DNA of 54,680 nucleotides. Source: Armatimonadetes bacterium JP3_11. GTDB taxonomy: Bacteria > Armatimonadota > Fimbriimonadia > Fimbriimonadales > GBS-DC. The first letter of the stretch is position 1; each line of letters begins with the position of its first letter. The DNA lies in contig NKPV01000003.1 in assembly GCA_002254605.1 (NCBI GenBank), positions 1 to 54,680 of the forward strand, given 5' to 3'. The position numbers were made by a program, and so were the translations under genes. Below, one piece after another: positions 38,708-48,695 of the stretch. The notes beneath the pieces are model-generated. The model was not told the origin of the DNA and ran no database searches. It worked only from the letters and a program-made list of their open reading frames with translations.

Positions 38708-41070
38708 CAACGGCGATGCGCGTACGAATCGGAACCTTGGCGAGGGTAAGCGTTCTCTTACTCCTCTTCGCCCTCGCCGATGCCCAAACGCCTACGCCTG
38801 CCGAGTCGAAGCCCACGCTCGGCGTCGCAATCGATTACATCCCCGAAACCTTCAGTGAGACGCTTGTGCGCCTCGAGACGCTGGGCATGGAGGAAGTCAT
38901 TGTTCGCCTGGCGGAGCTGCCCACGCCGGAACACTGGGACGCGCTGGTGCAGGCGGCGGAGAACTCTGGACTACGCTGGCAGTTGTGGCTCTCGAACCTT
39001 CCACGCGCCGACGGCTGGCAGGTCGCCCCCGAACGGTATCGCATGGCGGGCAACCCCGATGGTGTGTATACCATCCAAATCCCCGATGCGACGCGCACCT
39101 TGCTGGCGGTCTCCCCACGCGAAACGCCCTTCCTGCGTCTGCAGACAACGCTTGAACTTAGCAATGGACGCGCCATCACAGCGATTGGCGACACTGCGGA
39201 GAGCGTGCTGTTGCTGTATCCTCTGCGCCGAAACGCTTTGCCCGACCTATGGGACGGCTGGGATGCCTATCGCGACACGCTCCTAAGCCTGCTCCAGCGG
39301 CGCACACCCAAAACGCACTTTCGGGGCTGGATTGTTCAAAGCGATTGGGATGTGCTGAGCCTGAGTGCGTTCCCGATTAGTCCGCTTGCCCACGCCGAGT
39401 GGCTCGCGTTCCTCAAGACCCGCTACCCCGACCTGACCGATCTGGAGCGAGCGTGGGATGTGAGCGTGAAGTTGGAGCGGCACGAGCAGGCGGCGCGACT
39501 GATTCCACTCTGGCGTGAGGGGCGCGGACTGCCGATGCTCGTCGCGCTGGATGGATCGGTCAAGCCCCAAGAGCTGAACAGCAACCGCAGCCGCTTCTGG
39601 GACGACTGGCAAGCGTTCCTGCTGGAGCGTTGGCGTGGGGTGCTGAGCGGGCTGCGCCGCGCCTTGCACACGCACACGCCCAACTCTGAGTTTTTGGTGT
39701 TGCAAACCGCGCCGAACCCTGCCGAACTGCCCACGCCCGAAGCGTTCACCGACCCCCAGCTCCCCACAGGATGGCTCCTACCGGCTGACCAACGGGACGC
39801 ATGGCGCACACGCCTCCTGATAGAAACGCAACGACGCGAACGAATCGGTGTGCCCTTGCAAACCGTCCTCTTGGAGTGGGCGGGCGACGACACAGAACGC
39901 GCCAGTCTGTTCCAAACCTTCGCGCGAAATATGGGAATTGAGCGCATCTATTGGCTTGTAGATGCGCAGAGGATCCCCGAGGCGGCGTGGCAAGCGTTGC
40001 GCCAGACCGACACCCTGCCCGATACGCCCGCGTTTCAGCCTTTCCCAATAACCATGTGGGGACTGACTCAAATCCGCCAGTACCGCAGCGGGTGGTGGCT
40101 TCCCAGCGAGCAATCCGACCTGCAACCCTTGCTGTGGGGATTCGAGATTCACGGCTTCCAGCGCGGCGCGGAAATACGCGCCCTCGATGCGCAGGGCAAC
40201 CTGCAAATCACGCGCCAGTTGGAACTGTGTTTGTGGGTGGACGAGGGGGAACGCGAGATTACCCTCCGCCGCTTCGACCGTGCCCCCCTCACCGCGTTCG
40301 ACTTGGACGGCAATCCCGTGCAGTTGGATGTGCGCGGCGACCGCGTGCGACTGCGTATCGGCACGGTTCCCGTGCGCATTCGTGGCTTCCAGAGCGAGCC
40401 TGTGTGCGAGACGAGTGTGGAGCAGTGGGTCGCGCGTGTGGACGCGCTGCTAAAACGCGGCAACCCCACAGGACAAGACGCTGCGGTGCTGAAGTTCAAC
40501 TTCGACAACGCGCTCAGCGTCTATCGGCGCACCCCTATGCAGGGGTTCGGTCTCGTGCGCACCAACTGGTTCGAGTTCGAACGCGCCTATCAGTCCTACC
40601 GTTGGATTGAAGCGGAGAACGCGCGCCTGCATGAGTTCGGCACGATACGGCGCGACAAGGCGATGAGCGGGGGCGCAACACTTTGGCTCCGTACCATGAT
40701 GCCCATTGAGAGCGTGTCGGCGACCTATAACCTCGCCCTGCGCGAAACGCAGACCTATACGATTTGGCTGGCGGTTCGCGGCGCCCCTACAGGCACGGTG
40801 GAGTGGCAAATCGTTCAGCCTGCCGACACGGAAGCGAAACCCATCGCCGAGGGGGTCGCGTTGCTCTCCGCTGAACGCGCCGTGAGCCGCTACGCCGACC
40901 AATGTTTCTGGATTCCGCTGGGGAACGCACCCCTCAAAAGCGGCGACTACCAACTCCGCCTGCGTTGGAAACCCGACGCGCAGCAACCTCCCCACTACGC
41001 CGAGTGGGATGTGATTCTGGTCGCACCCGCAGGCGTCCAGCCCAAAAATGTGTTGCCACCGATTTACTGA
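38704..41070 (+). CDS. Large secreted hypothetical protein (possible glycoside-hydrolase-like and carbohydrate-binding domains)
   Basis: Signal peptide (ADA-Q); WLAFLKTRYPDLTDLERAW resembles a GH42 helix; WIEAE...MSGG...WDVILV C-terminal beta-sandwich. True start may be ATG 38716. Confidence 0.7.
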   Translation: MTTAMRVRIGTLARVSVLLLLFALADAQTPTPAESKPTLGVAIDYIPETFSETLVRLETLGMEEVIVRLAELPTPEHWDALVQAAENSGLRWQLWLSNLPRADGWQVAPERYRMAGNPDGVYTIQIPDATRTLLAVSPRETPFLRLQTTLELSNGRAITAIGDTAESVLLLYPLRRNALPDLWDGWDAYRDTLLSLLQRRTPKTHFRGWIVQSDWDVLSLSAFPISPLAHAEWLAFLKTRYPDLTDLERAWDVSVKLERHEQAARLIPLWREGRGLPMLVALDGSVKPQELNSNRSRFWDDWQAFLLERWRGVLSGLRRALHTHTPNSEFLVLQTAPNPAELPTPEAFTDPQLPTGWLLPADQRDAWRTRLLIETQRRERIGVPLQTVLLEWAGDDTERASLFQTFARNMGIERIYWLVDAQRIPEAAWQALRQTDTLPDTPAFQPFPITMWGLTQIRQYRSGWWLPSEQSDLQPLLWGFEIHGFQRGAEIRALDAQGNLQITRQLELCLWVDEGEREITLRRFDRAPLTAFDLDGNPVQLDVRGDRVRLRIGTVPVRIRGFQSEPVCETSVEQWVARVDALLKRGNPTGQDAAVLKFNFDNALSVYRRTPMQGFGLVRTNWFEFERAYQSYRWIEAENARLHEFGTIRRDKAMSGGATLWLRTMMPIESVSATYNLALRETQTYTIWLAVRGAPTGTVEWQIVQPADTEAKPIAEGVALLSAERAVSRYADQCFWIPLGNAPLKSGDYQLRLRWKPDAQQPPHYAEWDVILVAPAGVQPKNVLPPIY

Positions 41071-41121
41071 ATCCGCCGTGCAAGGTACAATCTATGCCGA
41101 GGCTAACTGGAGGCAATATCG

Positions 41122-41754
41122 ATGGCAAACTTGGAGTTCCGACAAGTACAACTGAACTTGAATGCGCCGGTGGGACCGCTGAACGATGTGCGACGCATGC
41201 GGATTATGGACGCCATCGGCGAGGGGTTCAATCCACAACCCGTGCCCATCGCGGGCGCCATCGCGCTGGTGAACCCTATATCGCGTGAGGCGATTTTTAT
41301 CAACGAAAACCAAATCCAATATACCTGTGACGGGATGCCTGCACAGTTTTCACCCTCGCGCGTGGAGACACTGCTCAGCGCAATCCGCGATACCCTGCTG
41401 CTGGAAGACCGATTCCCGATGATTCTTCAGATTATCGCCCACCAAGACGCGAACGGCTCGGCGTTTGAGAAGACGGTGGAAGCCTTCACGCCCATCCCGC
41501 CGCCCACCCTGCGCAGTTACTTCCCCGGCTTACGGGGACTGGGGCTGCGCATCACCTTCGAAGAGACGCCGTACATCTGCGACCTGCGCATCGAGCCGCT
41601 GTTCAGCGACCCTGCCTACTTTTTCATTCAGTTTAACGCTGGCTCGCAACAGACCGCGCAGTCCATCGCCGTGACCGTAGACGACACTGCCAACTGGCTG
41701 AATCGACTGCAAGGCGATATCGGCGATGTTATTCAAGAGATTCTGGGCGCGTAG
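41122..41754 (+). CDS. Hypothetical protein
   Basis: GGAGG RBS, upstream GGTACAAT, 210-aa ORF that fills the gap; no motif recognised. Confidence 0.7.
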   Translation: MANLEFRQVQLNLNAPVGPLNDVRRMRIMDAIGEGFNPQPVPIAGAIALVNPISREAIFINENQIQYTCDGMPAQFSPSRVETLLSAIRDTLLLEDRFPMILQIIAHQDANGSAFEKTVEAFTPIPPPTLRSYFPGLRGLGLRITFEETPYICDLRIEPLFSDPAYFFIQFNAGSQQTAQSIAVTVDDTANWLNRLQGDIGDVIQEILGA

Positions 41755-42637
41755 GCAGGAAGACGCCCCCGAGCCACGAACCGAGAAACCCATGCAAGAG
41801 ATTACCGCTGAGTTCAGCGCGGAGGAACTGAGCAGCGCCATCCCCGAAGAGCCGTTGCGTGTCATTCCGCGCGTGAAGTTCGTCGCCCGCTCCGAAATCG
41901 GACACGCACGCGAGAACAACGAAGATAAATTCGACTTCTATGAGCCGGATGAAGAGCATCTGCTCGCGGCGCGGGGCAGCGTCTATTTGGTGTGCGACGG
42001 CATGGGCGGGCACAACGCGGGACAAATCGCCAGCGAACTCGCCGCGAAGCAGTTCCTGCACGCCTATTATCACCTTGGAGGCTCCGCACAAGACGCCGCA
42101 CGGCAAGCCGTCTTGCAAGCGCACCACTACATCGCCGAGATGGCAAACAAAATCCCCTCGCGCTACGGCATGGGCACCACTCTCACCGCCTTGATTCTCA
42201 AGCAAGATGAGGGTATTCTCGTGCAAGTGGGCGACAGCCGATGCTATCGCCTGCGTGAGGGCGTGTTCGAGCAACTCTCGCGCGACCAAACCCTCGTAGC
42301 GCAACTTGTCGAGCAAGGGATTCTTACCCCCGAACAGGCGCGGTATCACCCGCAGCGCAATGTGATTCGGCAAGCCGTCGGCGTGCAAGACCCCAGCGAG
42401 CCGTTTGAACCCGATATCGAGACCTTTCCCCTACACGCGGGCGACCTCTACCTGCTCTGCTCCGACGGCTTGAACGACATGGTAGAGGACGCCGAAATTG
42501 AGGCGATTCTTCGCTCCGAGCCGCTGACCCGCGCCGCATGGAAACTGGTCGACCGCGCCCTTGCCAACGGCGGACGCGACAATATCACAGTCCTGCTCGT
42601 GCAAGTGCAATCCCTGCAGCCTGTGGAGCAGGTATAA
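41726..42637 (+). CDS. PP2C-family (PrpC/Stp1-like) Ser/Thr protein phosphatase
   Basis: RENNED, VCDGMGGH, GMGTT, VGDSRCY, LLCSDGL, GGRDNIT. Start uncertain. Confidence 0.92.
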   Translation: MLFKRFWARRQEDAPEPRTEKPMQEITAEFSAEELSSAIPEEPLRVIPRVKFVARSEIGHARENNEDKFDFYEPDEEHLLAARGSVYLVCDGMGGHNAGQIASELAAKQFLHAYYHLGGSAQDAARQAVLQAHHYIAEMANKIPSRYGMGTTLTALILKQDEGILVQVGDSRCYRLREGVFEQLSRDQTLVAQLVEQGILTPEQARYHPQRNVIRQAVGVQDPSEPFEPDIETFPLHAGDLYLLCSDGLNDMVEDAEIEAILRSEPLTRAAWKLVDRALANGGRDNITVLLVQVQSLQPVEQV

Positions 42638-42648
42638 TCGCCCCACAG

Positions 42649-43830
42649 ATGGAGCGGCGAACAGCGACCTCACCAAGCGATTGGGCAACGCGCATCCTGT
42701 GGCTCATTATGACGCTTGCGCTCATTGCGCTTGCGCTCTATGTGGTCTGGTCGGTGCGCCAAGTAATTAGCCTGATGTTCATCTGCGGCGCGATTGCCTA
42801 CCTGCTGATCCCGCTGGTGGACTGGCTCAGCAGGAAGCGTCCCCGTATTTTCTCGCCGTTGGCATGGCGTGGAGTTGTCAGTCTGCTGGTGACGCTTGGC
42901 TTCTTCGTGCTGGTTGGCGCGGCGACGGTCGCGTTTATCGCTCCGTTTGTGAATGAGGCGCGCGACTTCCTGCGCGACCTGCCCCGCTATCAAGAGCAAC
43001 TCAGCCAAACCGCCGCCGACTGGCAAAGAGCTTATCAAGCCTGGTACGAAGGTCTTCCTCCCCAGGCACAACAGTGGCTGGACCAGCAACGCGAGTCGCT
43101 CTTGCGCTCGCTCAATCGCGCTACAGACGACCTGCAAGCCACCATTCAGGGCGCCCTCCAGCGAACAGGGGTGTTGCTTAATCTGGTGGTCGAGCTGTTT
43201 CTCGTGCCTGTGGTCGTGTTTTACTTGCTGTTTGACTCGCATCGTCTCAAGCGTGAAACTCTACGCTGGACGCCGCCACGCTATGTACGCCTCGCGCTGA
43301 ACCTGATGCATGAGACCAATCGCGTCATGCGCGGCTACATCGTAGCGCAGCTGATCCTTGGCGTAATCGCAGGGATAGCCACCTGGATTGGCTTGCAGCT
43401 GATGGGCGTCAAGTACGCAGCGACGCTTGCCCTATTTGCAGGCATCGCACGCGCAATCCCCGTTATCGGTCCCGTGGTGGCGAGCATACCGATTGTGCTT
43501 ATCGGGCTCATCCAAGAAGGCTTTGGGCTGGGACTGAAACTCACCCTGTTTCTTACTGCTCTGTTCGTGATTGAGCATAAAATGGTTATGCCGAAAATCA
43601 TTGGTGATCGCGTGGACTTGCATCCCGTGCTGGTGATTATTGTGTTGTTGATTAGCGGCAAGTTTTTCGGGCTGATGGGCATGTTTTTCGGCGTGCCGGT
43701 GGCGGTCATCGTTCGGAATGTGACGGCGGCGCAGCAGCGTCGTACCCGGACGCGCCCCAAGGTACATCGGCTCTCAGTCTCGGAACGCGCCGAGCCGCTT
43801 GCCTCACGCACGGGGACAGGAGGTCAATAA
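42649..43830 (+). CDS. AI-2E family transporter
   Basis: AYLLIPLVDWL, GYIVAQL, IPVIGP, PKIIGDRVDLHP, GMFFGVP. ATG 42649. Confidence 0.88.
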   Translation: MERRTATSPSDWATRILWLIMTLALIALALYVVWSVRQVISLMFICGAIAYLLIPLVDWLSRKRPRIFSPLAWRGVVSLLVTLGFFVLVGAATVAFIAPFVNEARDFLRDLPRYQEQLSQTAADWQRAYQAWYEGLPPQAQQWLDQQRESLLRSLNRATDDLQATIQGALQRTGVLLNLVVELFLVPVVVFYLLFDSHRLKRETLRWTPPRYVRLALNLMHETNRVMRGYIVAQLILGVIAGIATWIGLQLMGVKYAATLALFAGIARAIPVIGPVVASIPIVLIGLIQEGFGLGLKLTLFLTALFVIEHKMVMPKIIGDRVDLHPVLVIIVLLISGKFFGLMGMFFGVPVAVIVRNVTAAQQRRTRTRPKVHRLSVSERAEPLASRTGTGGQ

Positions 43831-44649
43831 GTGGATATTCTACAAGCAATCTGGCTGGGCGTTCTACAGGGCTTGACGGAGTTCCTACCGATTTCCAGTT
43901 CTGCGCACCTCATCCTGATGCGCTTCTGGTTTGGCTGGGAGATTGGCGACCCGCAAGCGGAGCTGGTGTTCGATGTCGCGCTCCATGTGGGCACACTGAT
44001 AGCGATTGTGGTCTACTTTTGGCGCGACTTGACGCGCCTCGTGGGCGCAGCGTTCAGCAAAAGTCCCGAACATGCCGTTGATAAACGGCTCGCGTGGAGT
44101 ATCGTGGTCGGCTGTATCCCCGCTGCAATTGGTGGTGCGCTTTTTGAAAATCCCGTCGAGGAGTTTTTTCGCTCCCAATACGCCTTAATTGCAGGGCTAT
44201 TGATTGGCGTGGGGCTCCTGATGGCTATTGTCGACCGATTGGGGCGTAAAGAGCGCACTCTGGAGTCGATAGGTATTTCCGAAGCCATCGTGATTGGCGT
44301 GGCGCAAGCGTTCGCACTTATTCCTGGTTTCTCGCGTTCGGGGATTACGATTGTGGCAGGGCTGATGCTGGGCTTGCAACGCGAGGCGGCGGCGCGGTTC
44401 TCGTTTCTGTTGGCGACGCCCATCACCTTGGGCGCAGCGGTATGGTCGTTTCGCAACTTGTTCAAAGGGGGCGTCCCCTCCGAGATGATTGCGCCGATGC
44501 TGGCAGGTGGCGCGGCGGCGATGGTCGTCGGCTGGCTCTGTATCGCGTTCCTCCTTCGATACCTGCGCACGCGCTCGCTGATGCCGTTTGTGGGCTATCG
44601 TGTGGCAATCGGCTTGGCAACGCTGGCTAAGATTTTTTGGGGAGGGTAG
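43831..44649 (+). CDS. uppP: Undecaprenyl-diphosphate phosphatase
   Basis: QGLTEFLPISSSAH, LHVGT, PGFSRSGITI, AARFSFLL. Confidence 0.95.
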   Translation: MDILQAIWLGVLQGLTEFLPISSSAHLILMRFWFGWEIGDPQAELVFDVALHVGTLIAIVVYFWRDLTRLVGAAFSKSPEHAVDKRLAWSIVVGCIPAAIGGALFENPVEEFFRSQYALIAGLLIGVGLLMAIVDRLGRKERTLESIGISEAIVIGVAQAFALIPGFSRSGITIVAGLMLGLQREAAARFSFLLATPITLGAAVWSFRNLFKGGVPSEMIAPMLAGGAAAMVVGWLCIAFLLRYLRTRSLMPFVGYRVAIGLATLAKIFWGG

Positions 44650-44658
44650 CATCAGGGC

Positions 44659-45558
44659 ATGCGTGTGTTGGTAACGGGCGCAGCGGGCTTACTGGGCGCG
44701 GAGGTCGTGGAGCGGTTCCGCGCCGCGAATCTGGAGGTGGTGGGAGCGGCTCGTCGCCCGCACGCTGCGCCTGCTGCGTCACTTGCGGAGCCGTTGTCGG
44801 GGGGCGTGGTGGCTCTTGACATCACCCAACCCGACGCCGTCCGAGCGGTCTTCGATACCTTGCGCCCCGAAGTCGTCGTCCACTGCGCCGCTATGACACA
44901 TGTGGACGCCTGCGAACACCACCCTCGAGAAGCCTATCGCGTGAACGCCTTCGGCGCAGAGGTCATCGCCTCCAACTGTCAGCGGATAGGTGCAGTGTGT
45001 GTTTATATCTCCACCGACTATGTATTCGACGGGAGCAAGCGCGCGCCATACCACGAATACGACGCTGAGAACCCCCTCAGTGTGTACGGGCGCTCCAAAT
45101 TCGCGGGTGAGCAGGCGGTGCGGACGCTCTGCCCGCGCCACTACATCGCGCGTGTGGCGTGGCTGTACGGTAAGCAGCGCAAGAGTTTCCCCCAGTTCGT
45201 GCTGGAGCAGGCGCGTGCAGGCAACTCGCCTCCCGTAATCAGCGACCAGATCGGCTCGCCCACCTATGTCGCCGATGTCGCCGACCGATTACTCCAACTC
45301 ATTCAGACCGACTGCTACGGAACCTACCACCTGACGAATACGGAGCCTGTCTCGCGCTATGAGTTTGCTTGTGCTTTGCTTCAGGCGGCAGGGTTCGCCA
45401 TCGAGCCAACTCCTGTGCCGTTTAAGCAGTGGCACACGCCAGCTCCGCGTCCTGCCTACTCTGCGCTCATCTCGTGGCGGCTGGAGTGGGCAGGCGTGGC
45501 GCCGATGCCCTCGTGGAAAGACGCCATGCAACGGTTTCTGGCGAACGTGTCGTCCTGA
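44659..45558 (+). CDS. rfbD: dTDP-4-dehydrorhamnose reductase
   Basis: VTGAAGLLG, AAMTHVDACE, ISTDYVFDG, YGRSK, DQIGSPT, APRPAYS. Confidence 0.9.
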   Translation: MRVLVTGAAGLLGAEVVERFRAANLEVVGAARRPHAAPAASLAEPLSGGVVALDITQPDAVRAVFDTLRPEVVVHCAAMTHVDACEHHPREAYRVNAFGAEVIASNCQRIGAVCVYISTDYVFDGSKRAPYHEYDAENPLSVYGRSKFAGEQAVRTLCPRHYIARVAWLYGKQRKSFPQFVLEQARAGNSPPVISDQIGSPTYVADVADRLLQLIQTDCYGTYHLTNTEPVSRYEFACALLQAAGFAIEPTPVPFKQWHTPAPRPAYSALISWRLEWAGVAPMPSWKDAMQRFLANVSS

Positions 45559-45566
45559 TCAGGCGT

Positions 45567-46724
45567 TCAAGCGCTCGCCCGCGCCAGTTCCACGATTTTC
45601 TGCGCTGCCTCTTGCATCGTTTCCGCGGGGATAAGCGGCGTGCCCTGCAGCAAGGCGCGTCCCTCTTCGGCGTGCGTGCCTGCAAGGCGCACCACTACCG
45701 GAATCTGCACATTCAGCGTCTCGAACGCCTCTAACATACCGCGCGCCACCTCATCGCCGCGCGTGATGCCCCCGAAGATGTTGAACAGGAGCCCTTTCAC
45801 ATTCGGGTCCATCAGCACGAGTTCGACGGCTTGGCGCACGCGGTCGGCTTTGGCGCCGCCGCCGATGTCCAAAAAGTTCGCGGGGCGTCCGCCAGCGCGC
45901 GCCACCTCATCGACGGTACACATCACCAAGCCCGCGCCGTTGCCGATAATGCCGATGTCGCCTCCCAAACGCACATAGGCGATACCACGCCTACTGGCTT
46001 CTGCTTCGATGGGGTCTTCGAGGCTCTCTTCGTGCAGCGCCGCCAGTCGTTTCTGGCGATAGAGCGCGTTTTCGTCGATCGTCATCTTGGCGTCCGCCGC
46101 GATGATGCGTCCGTCTGCCAACACGGCGCAGGGATTAATCTCCGCCAGATTCGCATCCACGGCGATATAGGCGCGATAGAGACCATGCAGGATAGCACTC
46201 AGCGGTCGTATGTGGTCTTGGGGGATCCGTGCAGCATAGAGTATCTCGCGTGCTGCGTAGTCGGTCAGCCCCAGCAGCGGGTCGACCGCGACGGTTGCAA
46301 TCGCGTCGGGGTGTTGTGCCGCAACCTCCTCGATATCCATTCCCCCATACTTGCTGACCATCAGCACATTGCGCTGGGGAGTGCGGTCAACGGTGATCCC
46401 GATGTAATATTCGTGTTGGATTTCGACGGCTTCCTCGACCAGCACCTTCTCGGCGATAAGCCCTTGCGGGTTTTGGGGCGAGATAAGTCGCTTGCCGAGA
46501 ATGCTTTCTGCTGCTTGAGCGGCTTCGTCGGGGTTTTGGGCGAGTTTGATGCCGCCGGCTTTCCCGCGTCCGCCCATCAGCACCTGCGCTTTGACCACAA
46601 CGGGCTTGCCAAGTCGCTCGGCGACGGCTTTCGCCCCAGCAGGCGTGCTGACTACCTCTCCTTGCGGTGTCGGAACGCCGAAATCGCTCAATATCTGCTT
46701 CGCCTGATACTCGTGCAGTTTCAT
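45567..46724 (-). CDS. sucC: Succinate-CoA ligase beta subunit
   Basis: MKLHEYQAK, KAQVLMGGRGKAGG, GGMDIEE, EINP, GNGAGL, NFLDIGGG, NIFGGI. Confidence 0.94.
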   Translation of the reverse strand: MKLHEYQAKQILSDFGVPTPQGEVVSTPAGAKAVAERLGKPVVVKAQVLMGGRGKAGGIKLAQNPDEAAQAAESILGKRLISPQNPQGLIAEKVLVEEAVEIQHEYYIGITVDRTPQRNVLMVSKYGGMDIEEVAAQHPDAIATVAVDPLLGLTDYAAREILYAARIPQDHIRPLSAILHGLYRAYIAVDANLAEINPCAVLADGRIIAADAKMTIDENALYRQKRLAALHEESLEDPIEAEASRRGIAYVRLGGDIGIIGNGAGLVMCTVDEVARAGGRPANFLDIGGGAKADRVRQAVELVLMDPNVKGLLFNIFGGITRGDEVARGMLEAFETLNVQIPVVVRLAGTHAEEGRALLQGTPLIPAETMQEAAQKIVELARASA

Positions 46725-46776
46725 AGTGCGGCTCCTATCGGCGTAGGAGTATACCCTGCAGGAAATTCCGTACGCA

Positions 46777-47844
46777 ATGGCGAATTCTTACTCAGTGAAC
46801 GGCACGGGGTATGTAGTGCCTCAGGTGGGTTGTTCCGTATGTGGTGCGGGCTGCGAGCCGATGCAAGAGCGGTGTGCCCGTTGCCTTCATGACCCATTCG
46901 AAAATGTGGGCGTGCGGCTGGGTCCGCTTAGTACGCGCCAGTTCCTGCGCAACTTCGGCTGGAGGCTCCTGATAGGAATCCCGTTTCTGGGGTGGCTGTT
47001 TTGGCGTGAAGGCGACCATCTGACGCATTGGTACGAACTGCCTCGCTGGGCGCAGCTGGGGTTGGGCGTGCTGATTGCTGCGGCGCTGCTGACCTTTCTG
47101 TACCAGCTCTGGCTTACTTGGCAAGCTTCTCAAGCTGCGCTGGTGCTGACGCCCGCGGAAGTATGGCTCTACCAGCGACGCGGTGGACGAGTCTACTTTG
47201 AGCGCATGAGCTGGCTGGAGTGCCTCCCCCCTGTGGCGGCACGTGGCTGGGGTCTGTTGGAAGCGCTCAGCGCGTTGACCCACATCATCTTGCACGCCGG
47301 GCTACAGTGGTTGGCATTTCTGGTTCCCGATCAGGTTTACGAGCTGCGCTTGCGCAGCCGTTTCGATTCGGGGAGGCAGTGGCGGCTCGCACTGGCAGGC
47401 GCCCAATACCACCCCCGTTTCACCCTGACCCAGATAGCGCAGTTCGCCCTGCCTTACTGGCTTCAGAGCGGCATCGTGTGCATCGAGCCAGGCTACGAAC
47501 CCTCCCCAGACCGCAAATTCCTCGCGCTGGATATGTCCACTCGCACGCTTCGCGCCTACGCCTTCAGCGAGGTGCGCTTGGAGGAGAGCGCTATGCGCAT
47601 TCGCCACGAGTCGCACAACCCTGACGGCAGCCTCGTGGAGAACGACCACTCGCTCGACGCCGACGCCGCCCGCGCCCAAGAGAAAGAGCAACTCACTCTC
47701 ACAGAACTGAACCTGCCTGCGTATGCAGTACCCTACGGCGATTATTGGCTCCGCGCTGATTGGAACCTCATCAAGCGCATCGAGCACCGACGCGCCGCCA
47801 GCGAGACCGCAAGTTTGCCAGTTCAAACCCCAAAACCCGCATAA
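46777..47844 (+). CDS. Hypothetical membrane protein with an N-terminal CxxC-x9-CxxC motif
   Basis: CSVC and CARC followed by two to three TM segments; divergent from sucC and fills the gap. Confidence 0.65.
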   Translation: MANSYSVNGTGYVVPQVGCSVCGAGCEPMQERCARCLHDPFENVGVRLGPLSTRQFLRNFGWRLLIGIPFLGWLFWREGDHLTHWYELPRWAQLGLGVLIAAALLTFLYQLWLTWQASQAALVLTPAEVWLYQRRGGRVYFERMSWLECLPPVAARGWGLLEALSALTHIILHAGLQWLAFLVPDQVYELRLRSRFDSGRQWRLALAGAQYHPRFTLTQIAQFALPYWLQSGIVCIEPGYEPSPDRKFLALDMSTRTLRAYAFSEVRLEESAMRIRHESHNPDGSLVENDHSLDADAARAQEKEQLTLTELNLPAYAVPYGDYWLRADWNLIKRIEHRRAASETASLPVQTPKPA

Positions 47845-47867
47845 TCTCCAGCAGGAAACAAGCCGTT

Positions 47868-47883
47868 TGGCATATAAAGTGCT
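47868..47883 (+). promoter_or_regulatory. Sigma54 (-24/-12) promoter of the PEP-CTERM gene
   Basis: TGGCATATAAAGTGCT (GG-N10-GC), about 40 nt upstream of the ATG. Confidence 0.62.
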
Positions 47884-47924
47884 TGAATTCCCCCCGACTG
47901 CAACACACAGTCAGGAGGAAAACC

Positions 47925-48578
47925 ATGCAAAAACGATGCTTATGGGGGATATCTACGGTTGGGTTATTTGTCGCTCTACTCAACAACGCCTCTGCGAATA
48001 CAACCCTGTTTAATAACGATAAAGTAATCCAGCTCGGTATCGTAACGCTCAAAGTCACGCAAGTATCGCCCGGGATCACTACCCAGATTATCTACGGCAG
48101 CGCGCTCAATGTGCAAGCCGGGGAGTATGTACTGAACCCCACAACCGCCCCGAAGACCTGGGCGTTCTGCGTGGACTTAGACCATGTAATAAATCTGAAC
48201 CAGACCTACACCTACGAGATCTGGCTTGCGTACGGGCGTGCGGGCGCGTTGCTCAACTTGCGCGATTCGTTCCTTACAGGCTCCAACCTGAACAAGAAGG
48301 GCGCCGCGTTCCAAGTCGCACTCTGGGAGATTGCCCATGACCATTCGTTGGGCAACCCTATCAATCTGAACAGCGGCGCCTTCCAATATACGGCGGATGC
48401 GACCGTCCAGAGCTACGCGAACTCGCTGCTCAGCGCAACGGCAGGTCAGGCAGATTACTACTACTTCCTGCGCAGCACGAGCGGGGCGCAGAACCTGGCG
48501 ATGGTTCCTGAACCCGCCTCGATGCTCGCGTTGGCGACGGGGGTCGTAGGTCTCATCGCCCGACGGCGCAAGAATTGA
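47925..48578 (+). CDS. PEP-CTERM sorting domain protein
   Basis: Signal peptide (ASA-N); AFCVDL, AAFQVALWEI; C-terminal VPEPASMLALATGVVGLIARRRKN. ATG 47925 after AGGAGG. Confidence 0.93.
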   Translation: MQKRCLWGISTVGLFVALLNNASANTTLFNNDKVIQLGIVTLKVTQVSPGITTQIIYGSALNVQAGEYVLNPTTAPKTWAFCVDLDHVINLNQTYTYEIWLAYGRAGALLNLRDSFLTGSNLNKKGAAFQVALWEIAHDHSLGNPINLNSGAFQYTADATVQSYANSLLSATAGQADYYYFLRSTSGAQNLAMVPEPASMLALATGVVGLIARRRKN

Positions 48579-48589
48579 TGGGGCTTTTC

Positions 48590-48651
48590 AAGGGGCAGAC
48601 CTCTCTGTCTGCCCCTTCCTACTTCTGTAGGGTGCATGCGGGTGCACCCTG
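48590..48651. repeat. GTAG-type REP doublet between the convergent PEP-CTERM gene and trpA
   Basis: aaggggcagac-ctctct-gtctgcccctt...ctac ttct gtagggtgca-tgcggg-tgcaccctg; related to 30516-30579. Confidence 0.68.
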
Positions 48652-48695
48652 AAACTCCACACGGTGTGCGTTCAACACGCACAACAAGCAACCGT

